From the UHGV virus genome UHGV-1369968: a stretch of 49,084 nucleotides of DNA. One strand, 5' to 3'. The notes beneath the pieces were generated by a model. That model worked only from the letters and a program-made list of their open reading frames with translations. It was not told where the DNA came from and did no database searches. Positions 37,236 through 45,852 of the stretch are shown here, piece after piece. How positions within the stretch are numbered: the stretch's first letter is position 1; every line of letters starts with the position of its first letter. The position numbers and the translations under genes were made by a program. Origin of the DNA: a virus.

Positions 37236-38093
37236 CTAGCTCTCTAGTTTCACGCCTGGAATTTTACCGGCTGCTATGGCGTAGTAAATGTCAATAGAGT
37301 TTTGCGATGTTGAAACACCAGCATCAAGAATCTCAAATAACGCCTCAATAGCCGCATATCGCTTATTGTATTCTTCTGATCGGATGGGTCGGAAAATGGT
37401 ATTGCTCAGGTGGCGAATTCCGTTATCTGAAGTCCATACGCCTTCACCATAGTAAGCAATAATTGTTCCTCCGTACCACTTGCCGGCTTCGATTGCGGGA
37501 TGACCAGCATCTGTCTGCTTGCATGTATATTCGATACGACACCCAACCGGTGGCAAGCCTTCGCCATTCCATACCGTCTCAGGAGCCTGGCCGATGCACT
37601 CATTCAGGTCAGCTTCATCATCAGCATCGGTTTCTTCCTGCGGCTGGTGCAGGCGGTAGGCCACAATTGCATAAGGCTCCGTCTTCACGCAAAAATCCCA
37701 TCGCAAATCTTTAGCTCGCTCTGGTCTGCTGCTTTCGCTTCCATCTTGCATTTTGTAGTCCACGACATCATTTGGATGCACCGGACACTCCCCGCCACCC
37801 CACTCAATCCAGCCGTCATTTTTGGCAGCCAGCGCGGCTTCGTACTGTTCGCGGGTGATGATGGCGGTCGCCCAGTCATCAGCGATGACATCATACTTTT
37901 TCACTTTCACATCGGCATGGCCTGTGCCGTTTGCGGCTAACCATATATTCTTTTTAAGGTACGGCTCTCTGAAGTATCCGAATGCAACGCCTTTATAGAT
38001 ACTGCTTCCATTATCCTGTGTTATGCATTTAACTCCATCAGGCCATTGCCAGCCATTCAGTCCATCCACAACCAGCATATCAATCAGCTTCAT
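37236..38093 (-). CDS. hypothetical protein (285 aa, Trp/Gly-rich, no recognisable domain)
   Basis: Long clean ORF coupled to neighbours, located inside the structural region on the opposite strand. Confidence 0.5.
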   Translation of the reverse strand: MKLIDMLVVDGLNGWQWPDGVKCITQDNGSSIYKGVAFGYFREPYLKKNIWLAANGTGHADVKVKKYDVIADDWATAIITREQYEAALAAKNDGWIEWGGGECPVHPNDVVDYKMQDGSESSRPERAKDLRWDFCVKTEPYAIVAYRLHQPQEETDADDEADLNECIGQAPETVWNGEGLPPVGCRIEYTCKQTDAGHPAIEAGKWYGGTIIAYYGEGVWTSDNGIRHLSNTIFRPIRSEEYNKRYAAIEALFEILDAGVSTSQNSIDIYYAIAAGKIPGVKLES

Positions 38094-38220
38094 TTCTTCT
38101 CTCCGTTATAAATGCTTTTCAGTTCATCCATCACATTCAGCCATGCTGCATGCTCATCCATGCCGCGCATCACCAGCTTTACGTAGCGATTGCGGGCCTT
38201 AAACATCAGGCGCGGGCACA

Positions 38221-38511
38221 TTACAAGTCACCAATGCTTGATACGCAAAGCGCAATTGTGATTGCCTTGATTTCTTTTGGTGTCTTGTTCGGCATTGAGT
38301 AGGCCATCTTCACTGTTGCACCAAGCACCTTGTTGGCATCCACGCCGTACTCAGGACTTTGTGCTACCGCCATTGCTATGCTCTGAGGCACGCCGGAATC
38401 ACGAGCATCAGCTGCGGCGAATCCAACATCACCAACTTTGTTGCACACTTCACCAGCCGATGCGCCAAATGAAGTCATTGCGATAATTGCTACTGCGATT
38501 AATTTTTTCAT
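38221..38511 (-). CDS. small secreted protein (signal peptide)
   Basis: 'MKKLIAVAIIAMTSFGASAGE' signal peptide. AGGAGAG RBS. Confidence 0.5.
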   Translation of the reverse strand: MKKLIAVAIIAMTSFGASAGEVCNKVGDVGFAAADARDSGVPQSIAMAVAQSPEYGVDANKVLGATVKMAYSMPNKTPKEIKAITIALCVSSIGDL

Positions 38512-38531
38512 TTTTACTCTCCTGTGTTTGT

Positions 38532-38576
38532 GTATCTACATCATCGCCTATGATTCAATCTACGTCAATATGTTTA
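38532..38576. promoter_or_regulatory. divergent control region with two motif copies (GTATCTACATCA, CAATCTACGTCAA) and TATGATAAAAT -10-like element
   Basis: Lies between divergent genes 38511(-) and 38610(+). The arrangement is identical to the 2248-2275 region. Confidence 0.5.
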
Positions 38577-38609
38577 TGATAAAATAATCTGCATCACCGG
38601 AGGTAACAA

Positions 38610-39047
38610 ATGAAACTATCAACGCGCGGAAAGAATTTAATTAAATCTCATGAAGGGCTAGTGCTTGCGGTCTATCCTGACCCGGCAACCGGAGGCGCTC
38701 CGTACACCGCTGGATACGGTCATACCGGGGGTGACGTTAAGCCAGGAATGAAGGTCACGCAGGCAATGGCTGACGCATGGTTTGATAAAGACGTAGCGAA
38801 ATTTGAAAGCGGCGTCTCGTCACTTATCACATCCCCGACAACTCAGGGTCAGTTTGATGCAATGGTGTCGCTGGCCTATAACATCGGCCTTGGTAACTTT
38901 GGCAAATCAACTCTGCTGAAAAAGCATAACTCCCGCTGCTATACCTGCGCTGCCGACCAGTTCCGGGTATGGAATCGTGCTAATGGCAAGGTCATGAACG
39001 GACTCACCAAGCGCAGAGCAGCAGAACGTCAGGTCTACATGTCATGA
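38610..39047 (+). CDS. endolysin, GH24 lysozyme (T4/lambda R-type)
   Basis: 'SHEGLVLAVYPDPATGGAPYTAGYGHTG' contains the catalytic E-D-T triad context of GH24 lysozymes. Confidence 0.85.
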   Translation: MKLSTRGKNLIKSHEGLVLAVYPDPATGGAPYTAGYGHTGGDVKPGMKVTQAMADAWFDKDVAKFESGVSSLITSPTTQGQFDAMVSLAYNIGLGNFGKSTLLKKHNSRCYTCAADQFRVWNRANGKVMNGLTKRRAAERQVYMS

Positions 39048-39289
39048 GGCGCCTAACTAACTGGCTTATCGGAATCTGGATGGCAATATGTTCCGCCCTC
39101 CAGGTATTCCCTGATGTGGCGATGCAGGTGTGGATGATGATGCCCGATGACCTCAAGAGCGCATTGCCGCCATTTACGGTCAAGGCAATCAGCTATTCCG
39201 TGCTGGTCGTCTCCATGCTTGCGAAGATGCATGGCATGAAGAAAGAGAATAAGGCGCTGAAAAATGATTCTGCAAATCCTAAAGGCTAA
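39044..39289 (+). CDS. holin-like membrane protein (2 TM)
   Basis: ATGA-coupled to the endolysin, TMs 'WLIGIWMAICSALQVF' and 'AISYSVLVVSMLA'. Sits between endolysin and Rz. Confidence 0.45.
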   Translation: MRRLTNWLIGIWMAICSALQVFPDVAMQVWMMMPDDLKSALPPFTVKAISYSVLVVSMLAKMHGMKKENKALKNDSANPKG

Positions 39290-39758
39290 CTGGAAAGTTT
39301 TTGCGGCCATTATCGGCTTCGCACTTCTGGCATTGATTATCTACGGAGAGTGGATCAATTACGGAACGGAGAAGTATAACTCTGGATATCTGGCCGCCGT
39401 AGAGGCGCAGAAGGTCAAAGACAAAGAGGCAAGCGAACGACATGAGCAAGACAAAAAGACCATCGAGCAGGAAGCGCAGAGTCGCATTGATGCCGCGCGT
39501 GCTGATGCTTCCGCTACTGCTGTTAAGTCTGGCAGGTTGCAGCAACAGCTCGCCACAATCAGAAAGCAGCTCGTCGATTATTCCCGCACTGAGTCCATTG
39601 GCAATCCAGCCTCAAACACCGGATTTTTGCTTGCCGACGTGCTCAGCCAATCTGTCGAAAGAAATCGACAACTGGCAGAATATGCTGACTCAGCAAGAGA
39701 AGCAGGATTGACTTGTCAGGCGCAATATAATTCTCTGAGGTCAATTAATGCTAAATAA
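39264..39758 (+). CDS. i-spanin (Rz-like)
   Basis: N-terminal TM plus a long coiled coil, with Rz1 embedded. Confidence 0.65.
   Translation: MILQILKANWKVFAAIIGFALLALIIYGEWINYGTEKYNSGYLAAVEAQKVKDKEASERHEQDKKTIEQEAQSRIDAARADASATAVKSGRLQQQLATIRKQLVDYSRTESIGNPASNTGFLLADVLSQSVERNRQLAEYADSAREAGLTCQAQYNSLRSINAK
39490..39711 (+). CDS. o-spanin (Rz1-like lipoprotein), embedded in Rz in the +1 frame
   Basis: Lipobox 'LLLLSLAGC' followed by a Pro/Ser-rich mature region. Confidence 0.55.
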   Translation: MPRVLMLPLLLLSLAGCSNSSPQSESSSSIIPALSPLAIQPQTPDFCLPTCSANLSKEIDNWQNMLTQQEKQD

Positions 39759-39894
39759 AGAGAAGCGCGAGGAGTATGACAGAATGGCGGCTAATGCGGC
39801 TTCAGGCAGAGATGGTTATCAACCAGCGCGCAAAAGCCGGTATAGCAAGTCATCAAAAGATGAATATGGCCCTGCGCCTCAATTCCTGTAGTAA

Positions 39895-39928
39895 TAAAAA
39901 AGCCCCTCACGGGGCTTTGCTTGGTTTT
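39895..39928. terminator. bidirectional rho-independent terminator
   Basis: AAAAAAGCCCCTCACGGGGCTTTGCTTGGTTTT. Confidence 0.75.
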
Positions 39929-39933
39929 GAAGA

Positions 39934-40149
39934 CTAAACAACGAAGCCGATATTTTCACCATCGAGTTTTGCGGCAATTTCAACCTCAATAATCATGGTG
40001 GCAATCTTTCCTCCCGATTGCGTGCTGGTGTCAGTTTTCACCACGCCGCCAACAATTCTCCCGTCCTGGTCCACCACTTGCAGGCGCCCATCAATAATCT
40101 CCTGATGTAGCCAGATTTTCCCAGGGTCTTTCGCTGCTTGTAAAGTCAT
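39934..40149 (-). CDS. hypothetical protein
   Basis: Last gene of a 5-gene coupled minus-strand operon. Confidence 0.4.
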   Translation of the reverse strand: MTLQAAKDPGKIWLHQEIIDGRLQVVDQDGRIVGGVVKTDTSTQSGGKIATMIIEVEIAAKLDGENIGFVV

Positions 40150-40370
40150 TTTAAATCCTCATAGAGTGGTTTCATCTCATAGCCAAACATGGCTGCGTTT
40201 TGATGCTCAACACTACCAGCAAACGCAAGATAGCGGCGCCCACGATTGCTGGTGATGATGTAGGCTAACGGTTCGCCTAGTCTCGGAATGTGGTAATCGC
40301 GCTGAGCAGGTTTCTGTAACTCCACCATGTCGATTTCAATGCGCGGCACGGGGTCATATGCTGTCATCAC
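40146..40370 (-). CDS. hypothetical protein
   Basis: ATGA-coupled. Confidence 0.4.
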   Translation of the reverse strand: MMTAYDPVPRIEIDMVELQKPAQRDYHIPRLGEPLAYIITSNRGRRYLAFAGSVEHQNAAMFGYEMKPLYEDLK

Positions 40371-40945
40371 TTTATCTCCCCATTCAGTTCATTAACAATT
40401 AATGTTGCATAGCCAGCAATGTCTTTCCAGCTATCGTCGTATGTCGGGTCGCCATTCAGGATGCGACCGATTTTGTGCTGAATCATGTCGAGCGCTTCCT
40501 TCTGGCTCGCCGTCAGGTTGTTCCAGCCGTCAACGTCGCGCATGGTGTCTTTAAGTGACTGCATGATTTCTGCGCCGTCTTTGAATTTGCCATAACGGCT
40601 TCCGCGCACGGTGATAAGAGCGTCAGCCCCTGAGTAGGTTACGGGTTCTGTGCCATCAATTTCCCGCAATGAGGCACCCATAATTGATGGGTCAGGGTTG
40701 GGGTTTTTGCATTCTGTGATTCCTTGCTCTTCGCTGATTGGCTCGCGCTGGGCGACAAGCTGAAAGTTGTCAGTGTCTATTATTTTTGCGTCATAGCGCC
40801 CGCTACGCATGTTTGTCCTGGCTGCGCCATTTGTAAATGAGTCAGCGAAGACGTGACTAAACATCCCGCAACGCAACTTTACTGTTGCACTTTGTGGCGC
40901 GCCATCAAAATCCTCAGCACTTCCTTTCAGGTATTTGTATTTCAT
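40367..40945 (-). CDS. hypothetical protein; C-terminal 'ASQKEALDMIQHKIGRILNGDPTYDDSWKDIAGYATL' resembles a phage NTP-pyrophosphohydrolase-like (MazG/DUF6378-type) helical domain
   Basis: Motif resemblance only, which cannot be verified without a profile search. Confidence 0.4.
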   Translation of the reverse strand: MKYKYLKGSAEDFDGAPQSATVKLRCGMFSHVFADSFTNGAARTNMRSGRYDAKIIDTDNFQLVAQREPISEEQGITECKNPNPDPSIMGASLREIDGTEPVTYSGADALITVRGSRYGKFKDGAEIMQSLKDTMRDVDGWNNLTASQKEALDMIQHKIGRILNGDPTYDDSWKDIAGYATLIVNELNGEIK

Positions 40946-41127
40946 CTCACCACCTCAAATTTAATTTTCACCACCTCATCACTTGAGGCGCCATTCTCAA
41001 CGACCCATTTATATGCGTCAAACCGGTCTTCAAAGACAATCATTCTTGGCGGGGTGTCATCACTATCCCCATTAACATAAGAGACCGGGGCGCCCCTGTC
41101 GTTTATTACCGTCCATCTTTCCATCAC
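40942..41127 (-). CDS. hypothetical protein
   Basis: Coupled. Confidence 0.35.
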   Translation of the reverse strand: MMERWTVINDRGAPVSYVNGDSDDTPPRMIVFEDRFDAYKWVVENGASSDEVVKIKFEVVR

Positions 41128-41324
41128 TCATCTCTCAACGTAACTTTATTTTTCTCATCCACGCTGAAGTGCTCACGCACAAACGCATACATTTCTTCAG
41201 CGCTCCATTCCCGCATTGCTACATAGCAGTGCGCGTAATATCTGACATCTCGCAGGCTTAACGGCTGGCGCTTAGCGATAATCTCAGTCAGTACTTCCAG
41301 TGGTTCTTTGCGTTGTCTCGCCAT
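41124..41324 (-). CDS. hypothetical protein
   Basis: First gene after the 41340-41400 control region. Confidence 0.4.
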   Translation of the reverse strand: MARQRKEPLEVLTEIIAKRQPLSLRDVRYYAHCYVAMREWSAEEMYAFVREHFSVDEKNKVTLRDE

Positions 41325-41347
41325 TGTCGCTCTCCTGTGAAAATCAT

Positions 41348-41366
41348 CTTGACGAATCTACGTCAA
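41348..41366. promoter_or_regulatory. 18-bp inverted repeat TTGACGAATCTACGTCAA containing the recurrent motif
   Basis: TTGACG and CGTCAA are exact reverse complements separated by 6 bp. Located between divergent operons at 41324(-) and 41421(+). Confidence 0.5.
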
Positions 41367-41420
41367 TTAGTCAATACTCTGTGTTGTAGATTGTACCATA
41401 ATGATAAAAGGTGGTGTGGA

Positions 41421-41636
41421 ATGAAGAAGTGGCAGGAGGTGACAGAGGTTCATAAGCGCGATTGCCGGGAGACTCTGCAAATGCTTAATGTGCCAGAGTC
41501 AATCATTAAATCTATCGAGCAGCGCATTGACCTGGCTGCTATGGAGGCCGCCCATGAAGCCGAGGAAGCGCAAATGTTGTCATGGATGGACAGAACTCTA
41601 CCGGGCGTTTTACATCGTGGTAAGACTACCGATTGA
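41421..41636 (+). CDS. hypothetical protein
   Basis: GGTGGTG RBS before the ATG at 41421. Confidence 0.35.
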   Translation: MKKWQEVTEVHKRDCRETLQMLNVPESIIKSIEQRIDLAAMEAAHEAEEAQMLSWMDRTLPGVLHRGKTTD

Positions 41637-41719
41637 AGATGATGACGGGTATCTGCACAACCATAGTCAGGTGCTCAAATATTATGGCGTTCACTACAGA
41701 GTGCTGATGGAGAGAAAAA

Positions 41720-41911
41720 ATGACTACTGATCAGGTTTACGAAAAACAATTGCTGAACAAGCTGGAAGAACTTGACCGTACTCGCGCATGGGTTGAAAGC
41801 GAATTGCGCGAGGTTCGCAACCGCATGCAACGGCAGGTTAACCGCGAAATTATTGAGTGGCGCGAAGGGCGACCACATTTCAGCAATATTGGCGAATGGG
41901 TGGCGAAATGA
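41720..41911 (+). CDS. hypothetical protein
   Basis: ATGA-coupled to the next gene. Confidence 0.4.
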   Translation: MTTDQVYEKQLLNKLEELDRTRAWVESELREVRNRMQRQVNREIIEWREGRPHFSNIGEWVAK

Positions 41912-42138
41912 AACCAATGATGAATGATGATGGGCTGCTGGAGTGTCCGTTTTGTGGTAGCGAAAATTCCATGCAGAACAAGGATGGGCAATGGCATTTT
42001 GTAGTATGCCAGGATTGCGGTAGCCGCACTGATGACTGGATGGTTGCAGCGACAGCAATCATTAAATGGAATACAAGAGGTGGGTTTGTTTATAGTAATT
42101 CTGATTACGAGGATATCAATGATGAAGTGCGATCTTAA
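41908..42138 (+). CDS. Lar-family restriction-alleviation-like Zn-ribbon protein
   Basis: 'CPFCGSE..(19)..CQDCGSRT' double CxxC in about 75 aa is typical of Lar-family proteins. Confidence 0.5.
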   Translation: MKPMMNDDGLLECPFCGSENSMQNKDGQWHFVVCQDCGSRTDDWMVAATAIIKWNTRGGFVYSNSDYEDINDEVRS

Positions 42139-42643
42139 TCATGAGGTTGTTTTGTCGTTAATCAATTATAACCCAGAGTCTGGGAAATTCACCAGAAAGA
42201 ATGGAAAGCAATGCGGCACAAAAACAACGAAGGGGTACATCCATGTGCGATTGCTTGGTAAAAAGCGTCTTGCGCATCGTTTGGCTTGGTTTTATGTCTA
42301 CGGCGAATGGCCAGAGCATGAAATTGACCATATTAACGGAGTAAAGGATGACAACAGGATATGCAATCTAAGGAAGGCAACAAGACAACAAAATGAATGG
42401 AACAAGCCGCAGCCAAGCACCAACACGTCTGGCGTCAAGGGTGTGCGGTTTATGTCAAGTAGAGGAAAATGGCGTGCTGATTGCGTGAGAAAAACACTTG
42501 GTTACTTTGACACAAAGCAAGATGCTATTAATGCGTTAATTAAGCACAGGAGTGAAAAACAAGGGGAATTCAAAAATCACGGCCATCTCTATATCGCTGA
42601 CGACTACAAACAGGATGCAATGGAGCGCGCAAATGGACTTTAA
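42119..42643 (+). CDS. HNH homing endonuclease with C-terminal AP2 domain (second copy)
   Basis: 'EIDHINGVKDDNRICNLR' is the HNH motif and 'SGVKGVRFMSSRGKWRADCVRKTLGYFDTKQDAINA' is the AP2 motif. GAGGA RBS before the ATG at 42119. Confidence 0.75.
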   Translation: MMKCDLNHEVVLSLINYNPESGKFTRKNGKQCGTKTTKGYIHVRLLGKKRLAHRLAWFYVYGEWPEHEIDHINGVKDDNRICNLRKATRQQNEWNKPQPSTNTSGVKGVRFMSSRGKWRADCVRKTLGYFDTKQDAINALIKHRSEKQGEFKNHGHLYIADDYKQDAMERANGL

Positions 42644-43103
42644 AACGCAAATACTCACCGTGATAGAGCGCTGCGGCGGTGCAACCAATGCCATGATACG
42701 CAAGCAGACTGGCATGACAAACCGAGCCAGCGTTACAGGCTATCTGATTGAGCTTGAGGGTATGGGATTTATTATTAAAGAGGAAAGCGTCAGCCATGGC
42801 AGGCGCTGCTTTAAGTATTTCCTCAATCCCGATAATACTGCGCTTGATTTGGCAATTCAGACGTATCTTGAGGCGAATCCTGGACGCAAAAGCAAGCAGA
42901 TAGCAGAGGCTGTCGGCGTCAACTACACCATCCTCAAGGCACGCATGCGCTATCTGGCAAGCATTGGTCAGGTTGACCGTGAAATGCTTCCAGGCGGCGC
43001 ATGGAAGTATTACTGGCAGGAGGTCATCCCGTTTGGCATGAGCCGTGACAGGATGATGTTTGAAAAGCTGCTTGCCGGGGCGCGTCAGTCATGTGGTCGG
43101 TAA
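42633..43103 (+). CDS. tandem winged-helix DNA-binding protein
   Basis: Two wHTH-like units ('ILTVIERCGGATNAMIRKQTGMTNRASVTGYLIELEGMGFI' and 'IQTYLEANPGRKSKQIAEAVGVNYTILKARMRYLASIGQV'). Confidence 0.45.
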   Translation: MDFKTQILTVIERCGGATNAMIRKQTGMTNRASVTGYLIELEGMGFIIKEESVSHGRRCFKYFLNPDNTALDLAIQTYLEANPGRKSKQIAEAVGVNYTILKARMRYLASIGQVDREMLPGGAWKYYWQEVIPFGMSRDRMMFEKLLAGARQSCGR

Positions 43104-43453
43104 AGCATAAATCAGGAACCGTGCTGTTTGTCACCAATTGTGAACGCACGGCCAATAATCGAAGAGAGATGGGGTGGATAGTGGAAGAGGTAAAAATGAC
43201 AAGCAGAGAGCAGTTTGAGGCGTGGGCAAAAACGACAAATTCTGACCTGGGGAGATACAAGACGGGAATTCATAAGGGTGATTTCAAGAATCCGGTAATG
43301 AGGAAGATGTGGCTGGCATGGCAAGCATCGCGCTCATCAATTGAGTTAAACCTCACTTCGGAATGGGATATCTCTTCTGATGGTAGTCGTCACTATGATG
43401 CTGACTATGTTGATGAGCAGTTATTGGCATTAGGAATTAAGGTGAAAAAATGA
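43091..43453 (+). CDS. hypothetical protein
   Basis: Coupled ORF. The start may be the internal M at about 43196. Confidence 0.35.
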   Translation: MWSVKHKSGTVLFVTNCERTANNRREMGWIVEEVKMTSREQFEAWAKTTNSDLGRYKTGIHKGDFKNPVMRKMWLAWQASRSSIELNLTSEWDISSDGSRHYDADYVDEQLLALGIKVKK

Positions 43454-43794
43454 AACTACAACTTAACGAAATCATGGAAGCAACAGTCAGCGAACTGGAT
43501 GACATTGATATGACGCTTGCCTTTGAGATTGAGGCTATCGAGCGTCAGCTTGCTGGCAATCAGAATGGAAATAAGGTATGGAGAGAGAAGGCCGTGAAGG
43601 CAAAGGGACATATGCAGCGCACCCGCGCGCTGGTTCGCACTCGCCTTGATAAGCTCTACTATGGCGAAGAAAGAATGTTGCACGGCGCCATTCTGGCTGA
43701 AATACGCAAAACGATGTCTGTCGGTAAATTCATGGATGCCGTAAACCGCGCAAAAATTAACTGCGGAATGTTAAATAAGAATAGTCCTCAATAA
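43450..43794 (+). CDS. hypothetical protein
   Basis: ATGA-coupled. Confidence 0.4.
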   Translation: MKLQLNEIMEATVSELDDIDMTLAFEIEAIERQLAGNQNGNKVWREKAVKAKGHMQRTRALVRTRLDKLYYGEERMLHGAILAEIRKTMSVGKFMDAVNRAKINCGMLNKNSPQ

Positions 43795-43935
43795 ATTCTC
43801 TTCCGTGGCTGTTACCTTGCATTCAGGAGGTAGCAGCCATGCCAATCATACTGATATCATTCTTTGCTACTCTTTTCGCTTTTACCGCATCTCCTCTTTA
43901 CCTTCTCGCGTCCGTTTCGTGGTGCATATTCATGG

Positions 43936-43946
43936 TGTGTTATAAT
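43936..43946 (+). promoter_or_regulatory. extended -10 promoter (TGtgTTATAAT) for the scaffold-decoration-capsid operon
   Basis: About 30 nt upstream of a GGAGAAAGG RBS and the ATG at 43977. Confidence 0.5.
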
Positions 43947-43976
43947 CCGGGCATAAAGTAAGCGCGGAGAAAGGTC

Positions 43977-45377
43977 ATGATTGTCAAAATTGGCGACAAG
44001 TGGGTCGTTAAATCTAAGGATGGCTCGCACCAGTTTGGCGAGTACGACACCGAAGAGGCGGCGAAAAAGCGTCTTGCTGAGGTGGAGGCATTCAAGCACA
44101 TGAATAATAAATTACAGGTTAACATCCTGTACACCATCAACTCAGCCAGCAACATCAGTGAAAAGATCATTGATGGCGACCCACATTATGTCATCAAGAA
44201 TGTTGTGCCGGTGGTAGATGACATTGTCATGAATGGTGGTCTGTACCCTGGCGATGAGATTAAAAAATCATTTCATGGCCTTGACGGGAAACCGGCGCCA
44301 TATGACCACCCGAAGATTGACGGAAAATATGTGTCGGCCAATATGACGCGAGCCGCCAATCAGTTCAGTGTTGGCGCATGGATTGAGAACTCATCTCATG
44401 ACGGCAGCAAGGCGCTGGTAGACCTTTATATTAATAAGGTGGTGGCTGAGCGCTCTGATAAAGGCAGGGAGTTGCTGTCGCGTATTGATGGTCTCAAGGT
44501 CAACAGCGCCGATGCCGAACCTGTTCAGGTATCTACCGGCCTGTTACTCAACCGTGAGCAGGCATCAGGAACTTCTAAGGGCAAAAAATATTCCTGGATT
44601 GCCCGGAATATGGAGTGGGATCACCTTGCAATTCTTCCGCCGGGGATTCCCGGAGCTGGCGGCCCTGCTGATGGTGTCGGTATCTTTGCTGCTAACGGCG
44701 AAGACATTGAGCGCGTTGTAGTCAACCTTGAGGAATCGGCAATGACCGACGAAAGTGCAAACAAAATCAAATGGTGGCAGCGTGCCATCAATCGCCTGAC
44801 TGGCAATCAGCTGTCATTCACCGATATTACTGAGCAGCTCCGCAATATCATCAAGGCAGAGATGCCAGCCGACTCGTGGCCCTATATCGTCGCTGTTTAT
44901 GATAATTACTTCGGCGTTGAGATTGACGGCACCATTTATATGCAGTCCTACATCGTCCGCGAGGATATGGTAGAATTAGTCGGTGAACGGGTTAAGGCTG
45001 TTTATAAGACAGAGCTTGAGCCGGTAAAAACAACTCAAGGGGAAATCTCAATGACTAACGAGGAATTACAGGCTGCATTAGCCGATGCCCTCAAACCGGT
45101 TCAGGAATCGTTGACCGCAGTCAACCAGAAACTGGCCGATGTGGAGGCGCAAAACAAAACCCTGCGCGACCAGCTGCAAGCCAATGCCGCACAGGAAGAA
45201 ACCGCAATGCGCGCCGCCATTATGGCTGAGCTGAAGTTGCCGGAATCTGCTGTTAATGCGCTGACTGGCGAAGCACTGCGTGAAACCTATGCGCTCACCA
45301 GTAAAGCGGCTCCGATTTCCGGCGGGTTCCAGCCGAACCGTGCCGAAGAAGATTTTGATATGGAGGCACCTGAATAA
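43977..45377 (+). CDS. putative scaffolding / prohead-protease-like protein
   Basis: 466 aa upstream of the decoration and capsid genes. The C-terminal 90 aa is coiled-coil ('[38 protein letters not shown]'). Confidence 0.5.
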   Translation: MIVKIGDKWVVKSKDGSHQFGEYDTEEAAKKRLAEVEAFKHMNNKLQVNILYTINSASNISEKIIDGDPHYVIKNVVPVVDDIVMNGGLYPGDEIKKSFHGLDGKPAPYDHPKIDGKYVSANMTRAANQFSVGAWIENSSHDGSKALVDLYINKVVAERSDKGRELLSRIDGLKVNSADAEPVQVSTGLLLNREQASGTSKGKKYSWIARNMEWDHLAILPPGIPGAGGPADGVGIFAANGEDIERVVVNLEESAMTDESANKIKWWQRAINRLTGNQLSFTDITEQLRNIIKAEMPADSWPYIVAVYDNYFGVEIDGTIYMQSYIVREDMVELVGERVKAVYKTELEPVKTTQGEISMTNEELQAALADALKPVQESLTAVNQKLADVEAQNKTLRDQLQANAAQEETAMRAAIMAELKLPESAVNALTGEALRETYALTSKAAPISGGFQPNRAEEDFDMEAPE

Positions 45378-45841
45378 TGGCTACTATCCGTTATGGCACC
45401 ATCATCGGCGGCCCGGCCCGCAAAAATGACCCGCAGTTGCGCGAAGGGCTGATGAACGTCGCTCTGCAACCGGGCGCGCTGGTCGATTTCAACTCCTCTG
45501 ATAAAATCATCGCGCATGCGACTGCTGGCGGTCATGGTTTCCCTTACGTCCTGCAACACAACTATGTTGGCGGCGGTGACGTGAGCGAAGCTGTACCGGC
45601 AAATGCTACCGGCATGGCAGTGCAATGCGAATTTGGCGTAACGTATCACGCTCTGGTTGCGGCATCCTCCGCGCTGGTAAAAGGTACTCCGCTGGCAAGC
45701 AATGACTCAGGCGCGTTAAAAGTAGCTGGTACAGGTGATAAAATCCTGTTCTATGCGTATGAAGCCTACACCGTAGCATCTGATGGCGCTGAACTCGTTG
45801 CAGTTCGTCGCGCTGGCAATGCTGCAATGCCTGCGGCGTAA
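45377..45841 (+). CDS. head decoration protein (gpD-like position)
   Basis: 154 aa, Gly/Ala-rich, located between scaffold and the gpE-like capsid gene as lambda D is. ATAATG-coupled. Confidence 0.5.
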   Translation: MATIRYGTIIGGPARKNDPQLREGLMNVALQPGALVDFNSSDKIIAHATAGGHGFPYVLQHNYVGGGDVSEAVPANATGMAVQCEFGVTYHALVAASSALVKGTPLASNDSGALKVAGTGDKILFYAYEAYTVASDGAELVAVRRAGNAAMPAA

Positions 45842-45852
45842 GGAGCCGAACA

